From positions 6,200,001 to 6,264,000 of the forward strand of contig OZ176057.1 in NCBI GenBank assembly GCA_964247055.1: a stretch of DNA of 64,000 bases. The letters run 5' to 3'. The notes beneath the pieces are model-generated. The model was not told the DNA's origin. It worked only from the letters and a program-made list of their open reading frames with translations, and made no database searches. The position numbers were made by a program, and so were the translations under genes. Positions within the stretch are counted from its first letter, which is position 1. Every line of letters starts with the position of its first letter. The DNA is from Paragordius varius. Lineage: Eukaryota; Animalia; Nematomorpha. This document shows positions 1 through 12,673 of this stretch, piece after piece.

Positions 1-30
1 TTTAGTATTAATAAATTTTGTGTTAATTAG

Positions 31-923
31 ACGATCCCGATTATCAAGCTCAAGCGGCTATACCTTTAAGTGAGGAAAGTCATGGAGGCGAAGATGTGCC
101 TGTATATGCAATAGGTATTTATAAAACAAAATTTTTATTTAATCATTTTTATATTTATAAAAGTGTTTTAGGAAAAAAATAAAATAATTTTTATTAAAAA
201 AATTTTAAAACTTATTTAGATCGTTGAGTTACATGTATATAAAGCGAAAATTGAAATTATGCGGGTAAAAGGTAAAAATGTAATGACAATTAATTGAAAA
301 ACACCATACTTTTTAACATTAGTTTAGCCTATAAAAATAATTTATGTAAAAAATCTTTATCATTTAAATATAACTTTTTTTTCATTTTAAACAATCAGTT
401 TTACAAAAAAGATATTGTTATCGTTCAAAAAAATATTGTCTTTGTTGCTAAATAGCATAGACAGCAAAGGGCAGTATTATTGCCTTATAGTTATTTTTTT
501 ACTTTTTACTATCAAATAATTCTTTGCTGCATATGCTATTTGGCAATAATTAATAGCTCTTCAGCAATATATATACTTAATCATAGTGTATTTAAGTTTG
601 GTCTGCTGTTTAATTTAAATTTCATAATGTCTGTCGCTGTTTACTAAGGGACTACCTTATTTGTTTTTTGCATTTTTAAACATTGATATTTCAAAAAAAA
701 AACAAAATTAAAAAGTATGGTTGTCTTTTAAAAAAAGAAAAACATATTTAGGTTTTGTCCGTATAATTTAAATTTTTACTGTACTTATATTTGAATACGA
801 TATTGCTTAGGACGGAATGCTCATTTGTTTAGTGGAACGTTTGAACAACATTACATAAATCACGCCATGTCGTATGCCAGCTGTGTTGGTCCTTACATCC
901 ACGAAAAACATTGCTCAAATTAA
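31..923 (+). CDS. Alp: Alkaline phosphatase, last two coding exons (31-114, 811-923); 5' part lies outside the window
   Basis: AG|exon|GT boundaries at 31/114 and an acceptor at 811, phase 1 consistent. Spliced translation DPDYQAQAAIPLSEESHGGEDVPVYAIGRNAHLFSGTFEQHYINHAMSYASCVGPYIHEKHCSN* contains the ALP C-terminal (E/S)HGGEDV..A.G..AHLF.G..EQ.YI.H.M.YA.C signature. Confidence 0.92.
243..781. mobile_element. MITE family C copy (extended) in the alkaline phosphatase intron
   Basis: Left-end homology at 243-315; right end ...GTCCGTATAATTTAAATTTTTACTG at 781. Confidence 0.7.
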
Positions 924-1388
924 TTTATTTTATTCTTTTTTTATAATGTTTTATTTTTTTCCAAACACCCCAAAATTATAAATTTCTTAGCTTTTTTGTG
1001 CTCTATAGTTTATATAAATCAATATATCATTTATTAAAATATTATGAATAAATTGCAAAAGTGTTATATTTGGGTAACAATTGTAGTTAATAATTACATT
1101 CTATTCTTTGGCAAAAGAATTTTAGTGTCCAGTTTAAATATAATATAAGATCATAGAATATTGTAAAATATAATTTGATACTCAAATAGCTGTTTAATAT
1201 AGCAAAACAATAAAGTCTTAAAGGATTGCGTAATCTTAACCAATAAAACATAAGTTTACAAATATCATATGCGCATGAAATGGCCTTTATTTTACATTGA
1301 TAGATAAATGCTTTAAGTAAACGCTTAAAAATTACAAGTTCCAATCAAATCTTAAGGACTAGACACGTCCTAAAAACAAAGTTAACCA

Positions 1389-4300
1389 CTATTTTTTGCC
1401 CTTTTTCTTATTATCAGGCGATGATCCTTTATCTTTTTTCTTTTGTTTGTCTTTGGAATCACTTGCGGGTGCCGGAGATTGGGATTCATCCCGTTTTCCA
1501 CTTTTAGAGGACTTATCTTTTTTGGTGCCAGACGAGGATTTGGTCAAATCTTTCGTTTTACTTGATTTTTTGTCTGTCCCTCCTGTAATTTTGACGCCAC
1601 TTTCTTTTTTCTTGGCTTTTTTGTCTATTAAACAGGTGATTAAATACATGGTTTATATAATTTTTTAATCTTAAAAAAAATATAACTGTATGTAATCAAC
1701 ACATTGGACCAAAAAATAGAATTAAAAAAAATTTTTTTAACTATCTAAAGAAAATTTCTTTGGACGAGGTGTGTCAACATAAATGGCTCCTTTAGCCCGA
1801 ATTTTTGGATAGAAAATTCAAACGGGCCGCATTCACAAAATATGTGGCATTAAAAAATATTTTACTTTAAACATAAACTGTAACGTATTTTAACATTTAA
1901 TAGTTCATTGCCGAATTTCGGAAAGATTTTAGTCAGATTGTTTAAGAAAATCAATGTACTTTGATTTCGTAAAATTTTTTATTTTAAATTTCAGGGCAGT
2001 GTGTTGGACATCCTTTGAACAAACCTGGTAAATCTAGAATTAATCTACTAAGCTATAATCTTATCAACACAAAAATTATTAAATTAAATATATTCCATAT
2101 AAATCATACCATCAATGTCATGTTTTGAGCTTTTTTTGGATTTTCCCTTTTCATCCCCTCTACTCTTTGATTTGTGATGACTGCTTCCTTTTTTACGCTT
2201 TTTTTCATCATCGGAATAATCACGAGATTCATTAGGTGGCGTATTTAATTCAGGGGTCGTCGTACTACCTCCTGGACTGCTTGAAGGGACTGGCTGATAA
2301 CCTGTACCTAGGACAAAAGCAATTTAATTTTATATTGAAGTAAATTTTTTAGAATAAATTTGATAAATTCTGCTATAGTTTCAAAATTTTATGTTAAATT
2401 ATAGTATTTTACATCAAACTTTAAATTTAATATCAAAGCCGATTATTAGTAACATTTGAAATAAAATAATATTTATTGAGCATAAATCCACTCCCTACAT
2501 ATATCCCGAGTTTTTGAATAAAATAAACTGCTATATAATGGACTTTAATATTGATTGATTTGCAAAAACCGTTAATTGAAAAAATACAGAAAATTAAGCA
2601 AAAACTGTGCATGGGAAAACACTATGATACCCTAAATGGAACCGTGAAAGCAATAACACAAAAAATTTCATCTGATAAAATATTTGCAATTATTTATCAC
2701 TTATGTGATTAAATTATATAATTATATACCATTTGCACTTCAAAAGTCTCCTTGAACAAGTTGGCCCTTTAACATTTTAGTTTTGTTATTAATTTTGATC
2801 AATCAAATCGTGTATCAACATATTTTTATTTAATAATATCTTTTAAGTTAATATTCACTTTTAATCATTCAGAAACCGTATATCTTTATTACTTTCTTAG
2901 AAAATATTTTTATATGAATGATATTTTAATATGTAAATGAAATTAAAAATATTTAAGTATGAGTTACTAATTATTTTTTTGTCAAAAACATTTCTGTTAA
3001 ATGGGTTCATTTGTAACAAGTTTTTAAATAAAAAAATTAAATTTTAATGAAAAATATAAAAAATTTGCAAAAATTATGGTTAAATCAAAATTTAAAAATG
3101 TTAACGACCAACTTGAAGTGTACAAGGACCAACTTGAAATGTTTACCAACTTTGATTAAGGACCAATTTGAAATGTTCCAAGGTTAACCTAAAGTAAGGA
3201 CCAAAAGTGTTCCAGGACACTCTTAAAATGCAAATGGTCTATTATACAAAAGAAAATCAAAAACAACCATCAGCTTTTAAAATTGGCAAGACCAAATTAT
3301 TTTAGTTTGGAATGGTTTTTGGATAAAATTTTCACTATTAACATACTTTTATTACAATTAGTCATATATTCGTTGGTTAGTTATTTCATAAGTAACTTTA
3401 AAATAAAATACATTTTTTTATATACCACCATATTTACCCGCAAGATAAAAACAGATTCGAGAATATGTAATCAACTACAAAAATGATTAAAATTTATCAC
3501 AGACATACAACTAAATTTATAATTTAAATCTTCAAAGTTAACAAACTTAAAATTTTTTAGAAAATCTGTCAAAAATAAATCATACCTTTTTTATTCTTTT
3601 TCCGTTTGCGCACAATGATCAAAATTATGATTAGGAAGAGCGTCACGCCAACCAAAAAACTGAGTGATATAATGCCAGGGACAAAAAAATTGTTTGCGGC
3701 TAAATAAAATATAGTTTATGTTGCCTAAAATTATATTTTGTTTTTTTTTTACAATAAAATTTGAAATCATATACAGAGGAAACGTAAAATATAAAGACAA
3801 ATATGTATTTATTAGAAGAAAAAAAACCGTTGTACTTTTTTATTCTTGACTTTTATACATATATGACTCATTGTTTAAAATATATGAACTTTTATTTTAC
3901 AATCGTATAATGTTTAAAAGTGTGGATGTCTTTTAAAACAAAAATATTTGTCTTTATATTTTTACATTTTGTCCGTAAATTTCTATTTTAACTGTATCTT
4001 TGACCGTTTAGAATCCCTTGAAATATGGTATATATGGTTTTCATATATGAAATTTAGAATTCATCCATTAATAACTGTTAATAATTGAAAAGTTCATTTA
4101 ATTTATGATGATTGTTATAATATTGTATTACATTAAGGTTAATTTTGTATTTTAAACTCAAAAAGTGTTCCTACAACCAATTATAAAAAGACTATCGAAC
4201 ACAATATATTATCCATTACATTGCAGTCAGAAATTGTAGTTAATATTTTTGAAAACCAGGAAAAAATGACAAAAATAATAAATAATAATGTTAAATTATA

Positions 4301-4843
4301 CAGAGCGCATTGACACATTCTGATTTCAACTTTAAAAATGGCCAATTCTTTTATTATCACCAATTAATTTTTATTTAATATGGATGTCTTTTTTAGGTTT
4401 TTATAGCCATGAGATTTAACTTTGCTATAATATATCCTCTTTTTAATTTTTATATTGGTATATGTATAGACTGCCGTTGGACCCTCAATTTTTTTAAAAA
4501 ATCATAAACCAATCAGCCTAAACATTCTCATACCTGTTGTTTATGTAGTGCACATTGAAAATGTGATATGGTTTTTTAATATTGTCCAATTCGTTTGTCT
4601 AACACGGTATAAAAATTAGCAAAAAATTTTATTTAGATACTAAATTTTCTGTGAGGTCATTCATTATATGGTACATTATAATAAAATAAATTTTATTCTG
4701 AATAAAATTGTGATAAAGAAACGTTACTTTTGCTTGAAACAACACTATCGGAGGCAGCTAAGCCCTTTTTAGATGGTGTTACAGCTGATCCAGTTTTGGC
4801 GGCTGGTTTTACTGCTTTTTTAGGTGGGATAGGAGCCATTAAA
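1389..4843 (-). CDS. Uncharacterised single-pass membrane protein with Lys/Ser/Asp-rich cytoplasmic tail (exons 4843-4728, 3699-3586, 2307-2110, 1624-1389); further 5' exons possible
   Basis: Four exons with canonical AG/GT, three phase-1 junctions and no stops: MAPIPPKKAVKPAAKTGSAVTPSKK...FFVPGIISLSFLVGVTLFLIIILIIV-RKRKKNKK-GTGYQPVPSSSPGG...KKKGKK*. The hydrophobic helix is followed by a basic stop-transfer run. Confidence 0.75.
2727..3239. mobile_element. MITE family T2 (TACCATTTGCACTTCAA ends, AAGGACCAACTTGAAATGTTC-type 21-bp repeats)
   Basis: Inverted ends TACCATTTGCAC...ATGCAAATGGT; homologous to 61105-61624. Confidence 0.82.
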
Positions 4844-5089
4844 CTAAAATTTTATTGGGTATATATTTTTGTAACCAATTTTTATTCTATAAGTTTTAAA
4901 TTCTAAAATATTTTGTTATATTAAAAGGAAGGCTTATAATGCAATATCTATACAAAAATAATGTTAAGCATGTCACAAATCTGCATTGATTAGTATTTTA
5001 AATTCAACATTTAAAACAGTAACTGAACCAATTTTAACTCGATAATTAGGAATGGAATTTAAAAGCCATCGTCTTAATCATATATTTTA

Positions 5090-5369
5090 CAGTAAAAATG
5101 GAAATCATAAAGAGATTAAAACGATGAAAAATATTTTTGTTAAAAGACAACCATACTTTTCAAACCGTGATTTTTCCCATATAAACTGTTTCATTAAATT
5201 CAAAAACACAAAATTATTGTGTTAGTAATATATATCTCTATAAGACCCTTTTCCATAGTAAACAATGAATTATAATTAAAAAATCAACATGAAATTGTAT
5301 GGAGTTGTCTTTTGAAAAAAAATATTAGTCTTTACATTACATTTTGTCTGTATAATTCAATTTTTACTG
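5090..5369. mobile_element. MITE family C copy
   Basis: CAGTAAAAAT...TTTTTACTG ends. Confidence 0.85.
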
Positions 5370-6204
5370 AAACTATAATAAATTATATCAAGGTATAGTT
5401 ATATTTAAGATGAATGCAACTGCATCCGAATATCAAATAAGTTAATAATCGACAATCATTGATTCAAATTGCTTCTAATTAGTCAATTATTTTGCTTCAC
5501 CATTTTCAAACAACAAAATTAAAGATTTGAAATAATAAATATATAAATGATATATTCTCCTTGAAAAGGGTAGGTATCTAACGCTTTATACAAGAAAAAC
5601 GTAATTATTCACAATGCAGCAAACTGAATATAAATTTTAATCTTAATAATATATTTTACATTATAAAAATTCAAAATTTACAGATAAAAAACGTAATAAA
5701 ATAAACTGTTTTTAAGGCCTCTGTACTCCCTTATTATTGAATTGCCTGATATAATATAATAATTTAAATTGGTTACAAACACAATATAATTATTTTTGAA
5801 TATAATTAAATAATTTATTATTTAAAAAGGCATGATTATCTTGTAAAAAAAATATCTTTTTATGTTATGTATTATCGGTATAATTTCCATTCTTACCGCA
5901 TTTTACATTAGAGACCAGGTCTCTAGTTTTAATAAACTAAAAAAATCTAAATATAAAACCATATTTAATTATTTAAACAGAGTTTGGTACAATTATACAG
6001 AGGTAATTTATATATTACGCTTAATATATAAATGGATATAGATTCAAATTATCATTCAAGGTATTAAATCAGTTGTTTGGGTTAATTTTGTTTTTATATC
6101 TCTTATATGACGTGCTTTATTTTTTGGTTTTGGAGGTTTATAATTTAAAATTACAGCAAAATATCAAATTTAAGTCCATATTTTATGTATATTTATCGCA
6201 ACTA

Positions 6205-6496
6205 CACTAAAAATTGAAATTATACGGACAAGACGTAAAAGTATAAAGACAACTATTTTTATCTTAAAGACAACCATACTTTTTCAATCTGATTTTTTTT
6301 ATTATAACTCATTGTTTTAAACAACAAATAATAATATGGAATCGTATATTGATAACAGTCAATTACATATTTAACGAATGAAATTATATGAATTTGATAG
6401 GATAAATTAAGGTTTGAAAAAGTATGCTTGTCTTTTGAAAAAAATATTTTTCTTTATATTTTGACGTAATGTCCTGTATAATTTCAGTTTTTACTG
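6205..6496. mobile_element. MITE family C copy
   Basis: Both TIRs recognisable. Confidence 0.85.
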
Positions 6497-8117
6497 TGTA
6501 ATTTGCTAACAACGTAGATTTTTAAGTGTGTTAACCACCCTAATTTGAAACATTTAGCAAAAATTTAAAATTTTTATAAGAAATGACAATAAATAAACCT
6601 TATAAAGGCGGCTTTTAAGTCACATCGGGCCAATGGTTATTATTATCCATAAATGTTTCAAATTACTTGGGATTTTTTATATGATTGATTTATATATTGC
6701 GTAAGGATTTGATTAGATAAATGATAGAAATCGTTTCAAATATTATATAATAGATTGGAATTCGACTTCATAAATAAATGATCATTATAATTAACTATTA
6801 GTAAAATGTATATTTATATACAATACCTCATATGTAAAATGGGTAAATGTACATATACAAAAAATATGAATGTAAAAATACAATTCTATTTTAGAATTGC
6901 TAATACAATAAGCGGTTGCAAAAATAATTTTTTAAGATCCACTTGGCTAAATGACACAAAAAAACTTTTAAGGATTTATTCAAGATCTTTGAACTTTAAA
7001 AAATTATCACCCGAAATTGTAACCGTAAAAATTATAAAATACTGTAAGCAGTGTATTGATTGGCTCTTAAATATATATATTAGATTATGAAAGCTTGTAA
7101 TATAGAAGTTTTTTAGGAATAAAGGGCAACATTAATCACTATTTAATAAAAAAACATTTCATCACCTATGTTTAAAAAAAATTTTGTCTTTTTTTTAGAT
7201 TTTTACAGTAAGCTCAAGTTATTAAAATGCACAAATTCTTTTAAAATCAAATAATTAATATCATGGATACCTTTCTTAATTTTCCTGCTATTTGGGTATC
7301 GATCGATTGATAACACTAAAATTAAAATTTAATCTGACACCCCTTATATTCGAGGTATAAAAATATTTTTTACTGAGTTTATTGTTCTTTCTCTGACATT
7401 ATAATTGGATCTTTGTTTAAAAATTGTCATTTTAATATAATATAATAGAATATGATTTGACAGATGTGCGTGACCTATACAAATATTGTTGATTAAAATA
7501 TAAATTTTCCGATTATAAATTCTCCATTTTCTGTAATTTAAGCTTTATAAAATAAGGTAAAAATAATTATAAAATAGTATAATAATTTTGTTGAAACAAT
7601 GTAGTGTAATGTAATAAGCAAAGGGTACTTAAAGGGGTAATTTTTTTTATTTTTAAGCAAAAAATTTTTTACCTGTATTTTTACCTGTACTAATGTGAAA
7701 TAATAAAAATACTTGACAAACCACAAATTTCATTGTTCTTTTTATATTTTTAACATTTTTTGCTGTATTTATGAAACTATATCGTAAAATCACGTTTTAT
7801 TTTTATCAAAATATTTTATTTTATGAATATCGTATACTTTAAAATCAAAAATCCTTTAAATAATATTTTTCAAAATTCCTATCTTTTTACGGGAAAAATG
7901 CCATTCAGATAGCAAAATCTTATATTATAGTATTGCTAATTTATTTTTTGACAAGAAACCTCTAGATATAGCATATACTTGTTAAACTTTTCTATTTAAA
8001 ATATATTTTTATTCGATTTCTACAGGGTTCTTTTTTTCCTTCCTTAAAAACTCAGCCTATTTTTTTAAGTACTTGTGTAATAAATGATTTTTCCGGATTC
8101 AAATTGAATTAAAAAAA

Positions 8118-8580
8118 ATGTTGTTTTATATATCCAAACCGGTTTTTTCACTCATATGTCAATATTTATCATTATTCGCAAGTCTAACCGCTATAACTGC
8201 CCCAAGAAGTCAATATTCAATAACCCGAAAAGATAATTTACCTTATAACCGACATAAATTTGTGCATAATCGCTTTAAAAATGAAAATAAAAATTTATGT
8301 GATGGAACTATTATGCTTGCTGTAAAAACAAGTCAGAAATTTTTAAAGACTCGCATTCGTTTATTGGAAGATACATGGTTTCAATGGTGTCCTCAACAGG
8401 TAAAATTTTAAAATTTCATTTTTCAAAAAAATTTCTAAATTATTTTGAATGTAAATTTGTAATTTATATTTTATATTTATGTATGTAAAATATTTAGACG
8501 TATGTTTTTACGGACAATTTTGGTGACACCCAAAATAATTTTTTGACATATGGCCCCAAGGCACCTTTGAGAGGAAGTAA

Positions 8581-8614
<34 letters not shown>

Positions 8615-11600
8615 TTTATAAAAAATATTTTTATTAAATTATGTATGCCCTTATTATTAAAAAGTTATATTAGAGTATTTAATACAATATTTTTGAAAAC
8701 TCATTGGTTGAATAGCTAAAATTTTTGGAAAACTAAATGAAAAACATCAATTTTTGCTGTATAAAAAAATTTTTTTAGAATATAAATTTAAATATCATAA
8801 CATTTTAATATGTTAATGGAATTTATTTACTTGGTTAAAAAATTTAGATGGAGAATCGCGCTTAATTTATTCGCCAAAAACGTAAAAATATAAAGACAAT
8901 TTCTTTTATAAAGACAACCATACTTTTCCTTATTTTTTGTATAAATTATTTAATTACAACTATAAAATACATAATTGATTATTTTACCAGCAACTTCTAA
9001 TTCGTACTTTACAGTCATAACAATGAATCAATTTTATAAAGTAGAGCGGTCTTTTGAAAAAATATTTGTCTAGATTATTTTACGTTTTGTCCATACATAA
9101 AATTTACAGTTTAAACTCACCCTTAAACAATTCAAATTCACCCTAAAATAAATTATATGTTTATCTAAATTAAGAATTACCTTTATTTTTTTAAAATATA
9201 TAATTCTGTTTAAAATTAATTTAACGCTGAAAAAATAATTAACTATGTTTAAAATTATATCCTATCAATGATGAGTTATATCAGACCAAAAACACACAAT
9301 TTATTTTTAGGGTAAATTTGAATTGTTCAAGGGTGAATTTGAATTGTTCAAGGGTGAATTTGAATTGTTTAAGGGTAAATTTGAATTGTTAATGGTATAA
9401 TTTTAATTTTGACTGATCTTTCTTTATAATAGATTACTATATGCTGGAAAGCAATTGTCCTAAAACACATGCTCGAGATGATTTGTGCTGTAAAATGGGT
9501 TATATTTTGGATAAATTCTATCAATTATATTTGGCACGGGAGTTGAAAACACTATCATTCAAAAAGCAAGTAAACATATTTACTTTAAAATAAAAACATG
9601 AAATAAAATGTTAAAGTTGTTAGAGGTTGGATGCTGATGCTACGAGATTTGTTGGCCTGATTACATAATTCATAACTTAGGTGTTATGCACTGGGGCAGG
9701 GGGGTCTCCAACATGCCGCAAAATATTTTGAAATCTATAATTTACAAAATTATGCTCATAAAATCTTTAAATTAATATTTTATATACAAATTTATCCAGT
9801 GGTAAAAACTAAAAAAAACTGTTTTATTGTGTTAATATTTTACATTATGGCGTAATCTAATTATATAAATGTCCATATATAATGCAGCCCGTAGTTTTTC
9901 TGAGTCCAAGCGGTCTTTAAGGACATTATTTTTTCCCACCCTTTAAGCCAGAGTATTTGGTCAACTGATTATAAATTATAGTATGTGCAAAAAAATAAGG
10001 CATCCCTCTTTAATACTTTGATGTCAAGTGATCAGTTTAATTTTTCAAAAATTTCGGCTGCTATTACTGAAATGAATATAATTGACTAAAACACGCCGAA
10101 ATTTTTTTCGTTATCTTCGAATTAAACTAGAGCTATTAAAAAAGCAATGATCGTCCAAAACAGGGTGTGCTTTTTATTACTAACCTACATTTTTCTAATA
10201 ACTCAATGTGATCGAGATTGTCCCCAAAAAATAATTTTATATAAGAAAGCCACGAGTCACTCTCTAAGTCTATTATAAAATAAGAAATTGTCGGATAATT
10301 TTATAGTCACCCATTGTTATACTTAGCGACGATGATGGTACACCCTTATTGAAATTTTGTCGGATACTATATATATAACTCATCTTTTTTGATTTACCTT
10401 GTGGTAAACTATTCTTTATTAAGGCGTTTAAGGCTATAAAACTAAGTATTTCTCTCTATAAAAAAACAAAAAAACTTTCTTTAAAACACATAACTTATAT
10501 ATTTTATTACACTATATATACCATTTACAATTCAATTTCACCCTTAAACAATTCAAATTCACCCTTAACAATTCAAATTTACCCTTGAACAATTCAAATT
10601 TACCCTCAAATAAAATATGTTTTTTCAAGATAAAAAAATTACCTATATTTTATATATTTTTGACAAATAAAAATTTTGTTTTAAATTAAAATAATACTGT
10701 AAAATAATAAACTATATCATAAACATATATTTATAATAATGAATTATATTAGTTCGAATACACAATTTATTTTTAGGGTTAATTGTTCGAGGGTGATTTT
10801 GAATTGTTCAAGGGTGAATTTAAACTGTAAATGGTATATTAACTGGATCAATTATTTGAAAAAACCTACTTAGCCTCTCCAAAAAAGCTCAAAAAATCAA
10901 ACCCTATTACCCGTCAATAATTTTAAATGGCTCTGCATATTCGACGATGACAATTATGTTAATGTGCCACAATTAAAGAAACTTTTAAATCAACCCAAAT
11001 TTAGTCATCAACCAGGGATCCAAAATCATTCCAATGAATCTGAGAAAACTTTAAATGTAACTGGCAACAAAATCAAAAAAACTTACTTATATCTGGGCAA
11101 AAAATCAATTCGTACAAATAAAGCACATCAACGTAAAAAGGTAAAACCATCAGTATATATCAAATTAATATCAATTGAATAAATTTCATTGTGCTATCTT
11201 ATCTACAGTAAAGTATGAATTAGATAAAATATAAAAAGTAAATGGCTATTTTGGAATAAAAACATAATTTATCCTTAAAACAATTTAATTACAGTTCAAA
11301 TTTAAAATTCTAGCTATTCCATACAATTTATTTCATATTTCTCTCCCTAAATCTTGGGTTAGTTTTTAATATTAAGAAACAAAAAAGAGATTATTCTATA
11401 AGATATGTCATTATTTTTACTTTTTACCTTTTGTCTTTTCAATTCAAATTTTTACTGTAAAAAAAGTTGTCAAGGACATTAAAATCTAACTAAAATTATT
11501 TTAAAATCACTTTCTATATAGATTGGTAAAACAAAACATTACTTTGATAACTATCCCGTCTTACCATTCAATTTTGGGACAGGGGGAGCAGGCATTTGCC

Positions 11601-12488
11601 TTAATCAAGAATTACTGTTTTTAGCCGCCCCCTATGTTCTGAAAGGCGGTTTCCTTCAGAGATGCCAAGAACTTAATATGCCTGACGATGTTACGCTTGG
11701 ATATATTATAGGTAAAACTAATTTTTTTTACTGAAAACCCAATAAAAATGTATTAGTTGGAATTTAAGCTAAATTTTTGATTTCAATTTGTTTGGAACAA
11801 AATATTTAAACTATTTATAAATTGTTTATGAAAAATATGATATGTTTAGAATATCCCATATAAGACAAGATTTTTCTTGAATCTAATGTTTACGTTATAA
11901 TAAACTTCACCCTTTAATTTTGATATGATAATACATTTGTAGAACATGAGTTGAATGTAAGCCTACAAGAAATCGATACATTTCATAGCCATTTGAAAAA
12001 TTTATCACAAGTCCCCATGAATGATCCAACTCAACAAGTTACTCTGAGCTATTCCGTTGGAAATTATATAAATTTGCCCAAATTTTATTTTAAATATTAT
12101 AAAAGTCACGATATATCCCAGGATCTTACAAAGTATTTTAATTTTCAACTTATTTTTTTACATATAAATTATTAACAATAATTATTAAAATTATACGGAC
12201 AAAACTTTTAAAAAAAGACATATTTTTCTATAAAAAGATAAAAAACTTTTTTAACCTTAATTTATCGTATAAAAATCATTGTATACAATTGTAAAATAAA
12301 AAATATATTTTATTACCAATTTACATCTCTATATACATTGAAAAATCTAGATTTAAAAAGTATTGTCTATTAGAAAACAATTTGCCTTTATATTTTTATT
12401 TTACTGTATAAAATAAATTATTGATAATTTTTATTGTAGTTTTAAAGCATTACACTGCATACTCAATATGACTTGTCAAGCTATCTAA
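8118..12488 (+). CDS. fng: Fringe-family beta-1,3-N-acetylglucosaminyltransferase (exons 8118-8399, 8498-8576, 9433-9569, 10874-11140, 11522-11711, 11943-12132, 12440-12488)
   Basis: All six junctions are GT-AG and in phase. Fringe motifs appear in order: LAVKTSQKFLKTRI..TW, TYVFTD, CPKTHARDDLCCKM, WLCIFDDDNYVN (DxD), FGTGGAGICL, MPDDVTLGYI, FHSHL, QVTLSY, FKALHC. N-terminal hydrophobic anchor. Confidence 0.93.
9102..9397. mobile_element. MITE family T1 copy, left end damaged, in Fringe intron 2
   Basis: 21-bp repeats and the right end AATGGTA. Confidence 0.8.
10519..10836. mobile_element. MITE family T1 copy in Fringe intron 3
   Basis: Both TACCATTTAC termini and the 21-bp repeats are present. 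Confidence 0.88.
12180..12405. mobile_element. MITE family C copy in Fringe intron 6
   Basis: AAAATTATACGGACAAAAC left arm and TTTTACTG right end. Confidence 0.75.
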
Positions 12489-12673
12489 CCGAATACCAAT
12501 CGGAAATAAACTGATTTCAAATATATATATAATTTATTAATTGAATTTATTAATTGATAAAATAATTATAATATCTAATAAATAAATACCACACAATAAT
12601 ATAAATTTTATAAATGAACCTAAATTCTACAATTTGTTTTTTAAATATAGGATTCTTGAGGTGTATATTTTCT

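Noticed and set aside
1396-1668. + strand ORF MPFFLLSG...
   Set aside because: Antisense shadow of the Lys-rich exon. The same applies to 20745-20951, 44115-44612, 45344-45544, 54304-54486 and 54804-54992.
4534-4598. Exon-like segment (AG...GTATGA) inside the membrane-protein gene
   Set aside because: Its open frame is phase 0/2, incompatible with the flanking phase-1 junctions.
5870-7320. Small exon-like patches (~5896-5935, ~7271-7315) as 5' exons of the membrane-protein gene
   Set aside because: I could not join them in frame to the 4843 exon, so they are unsupported without RNA data.
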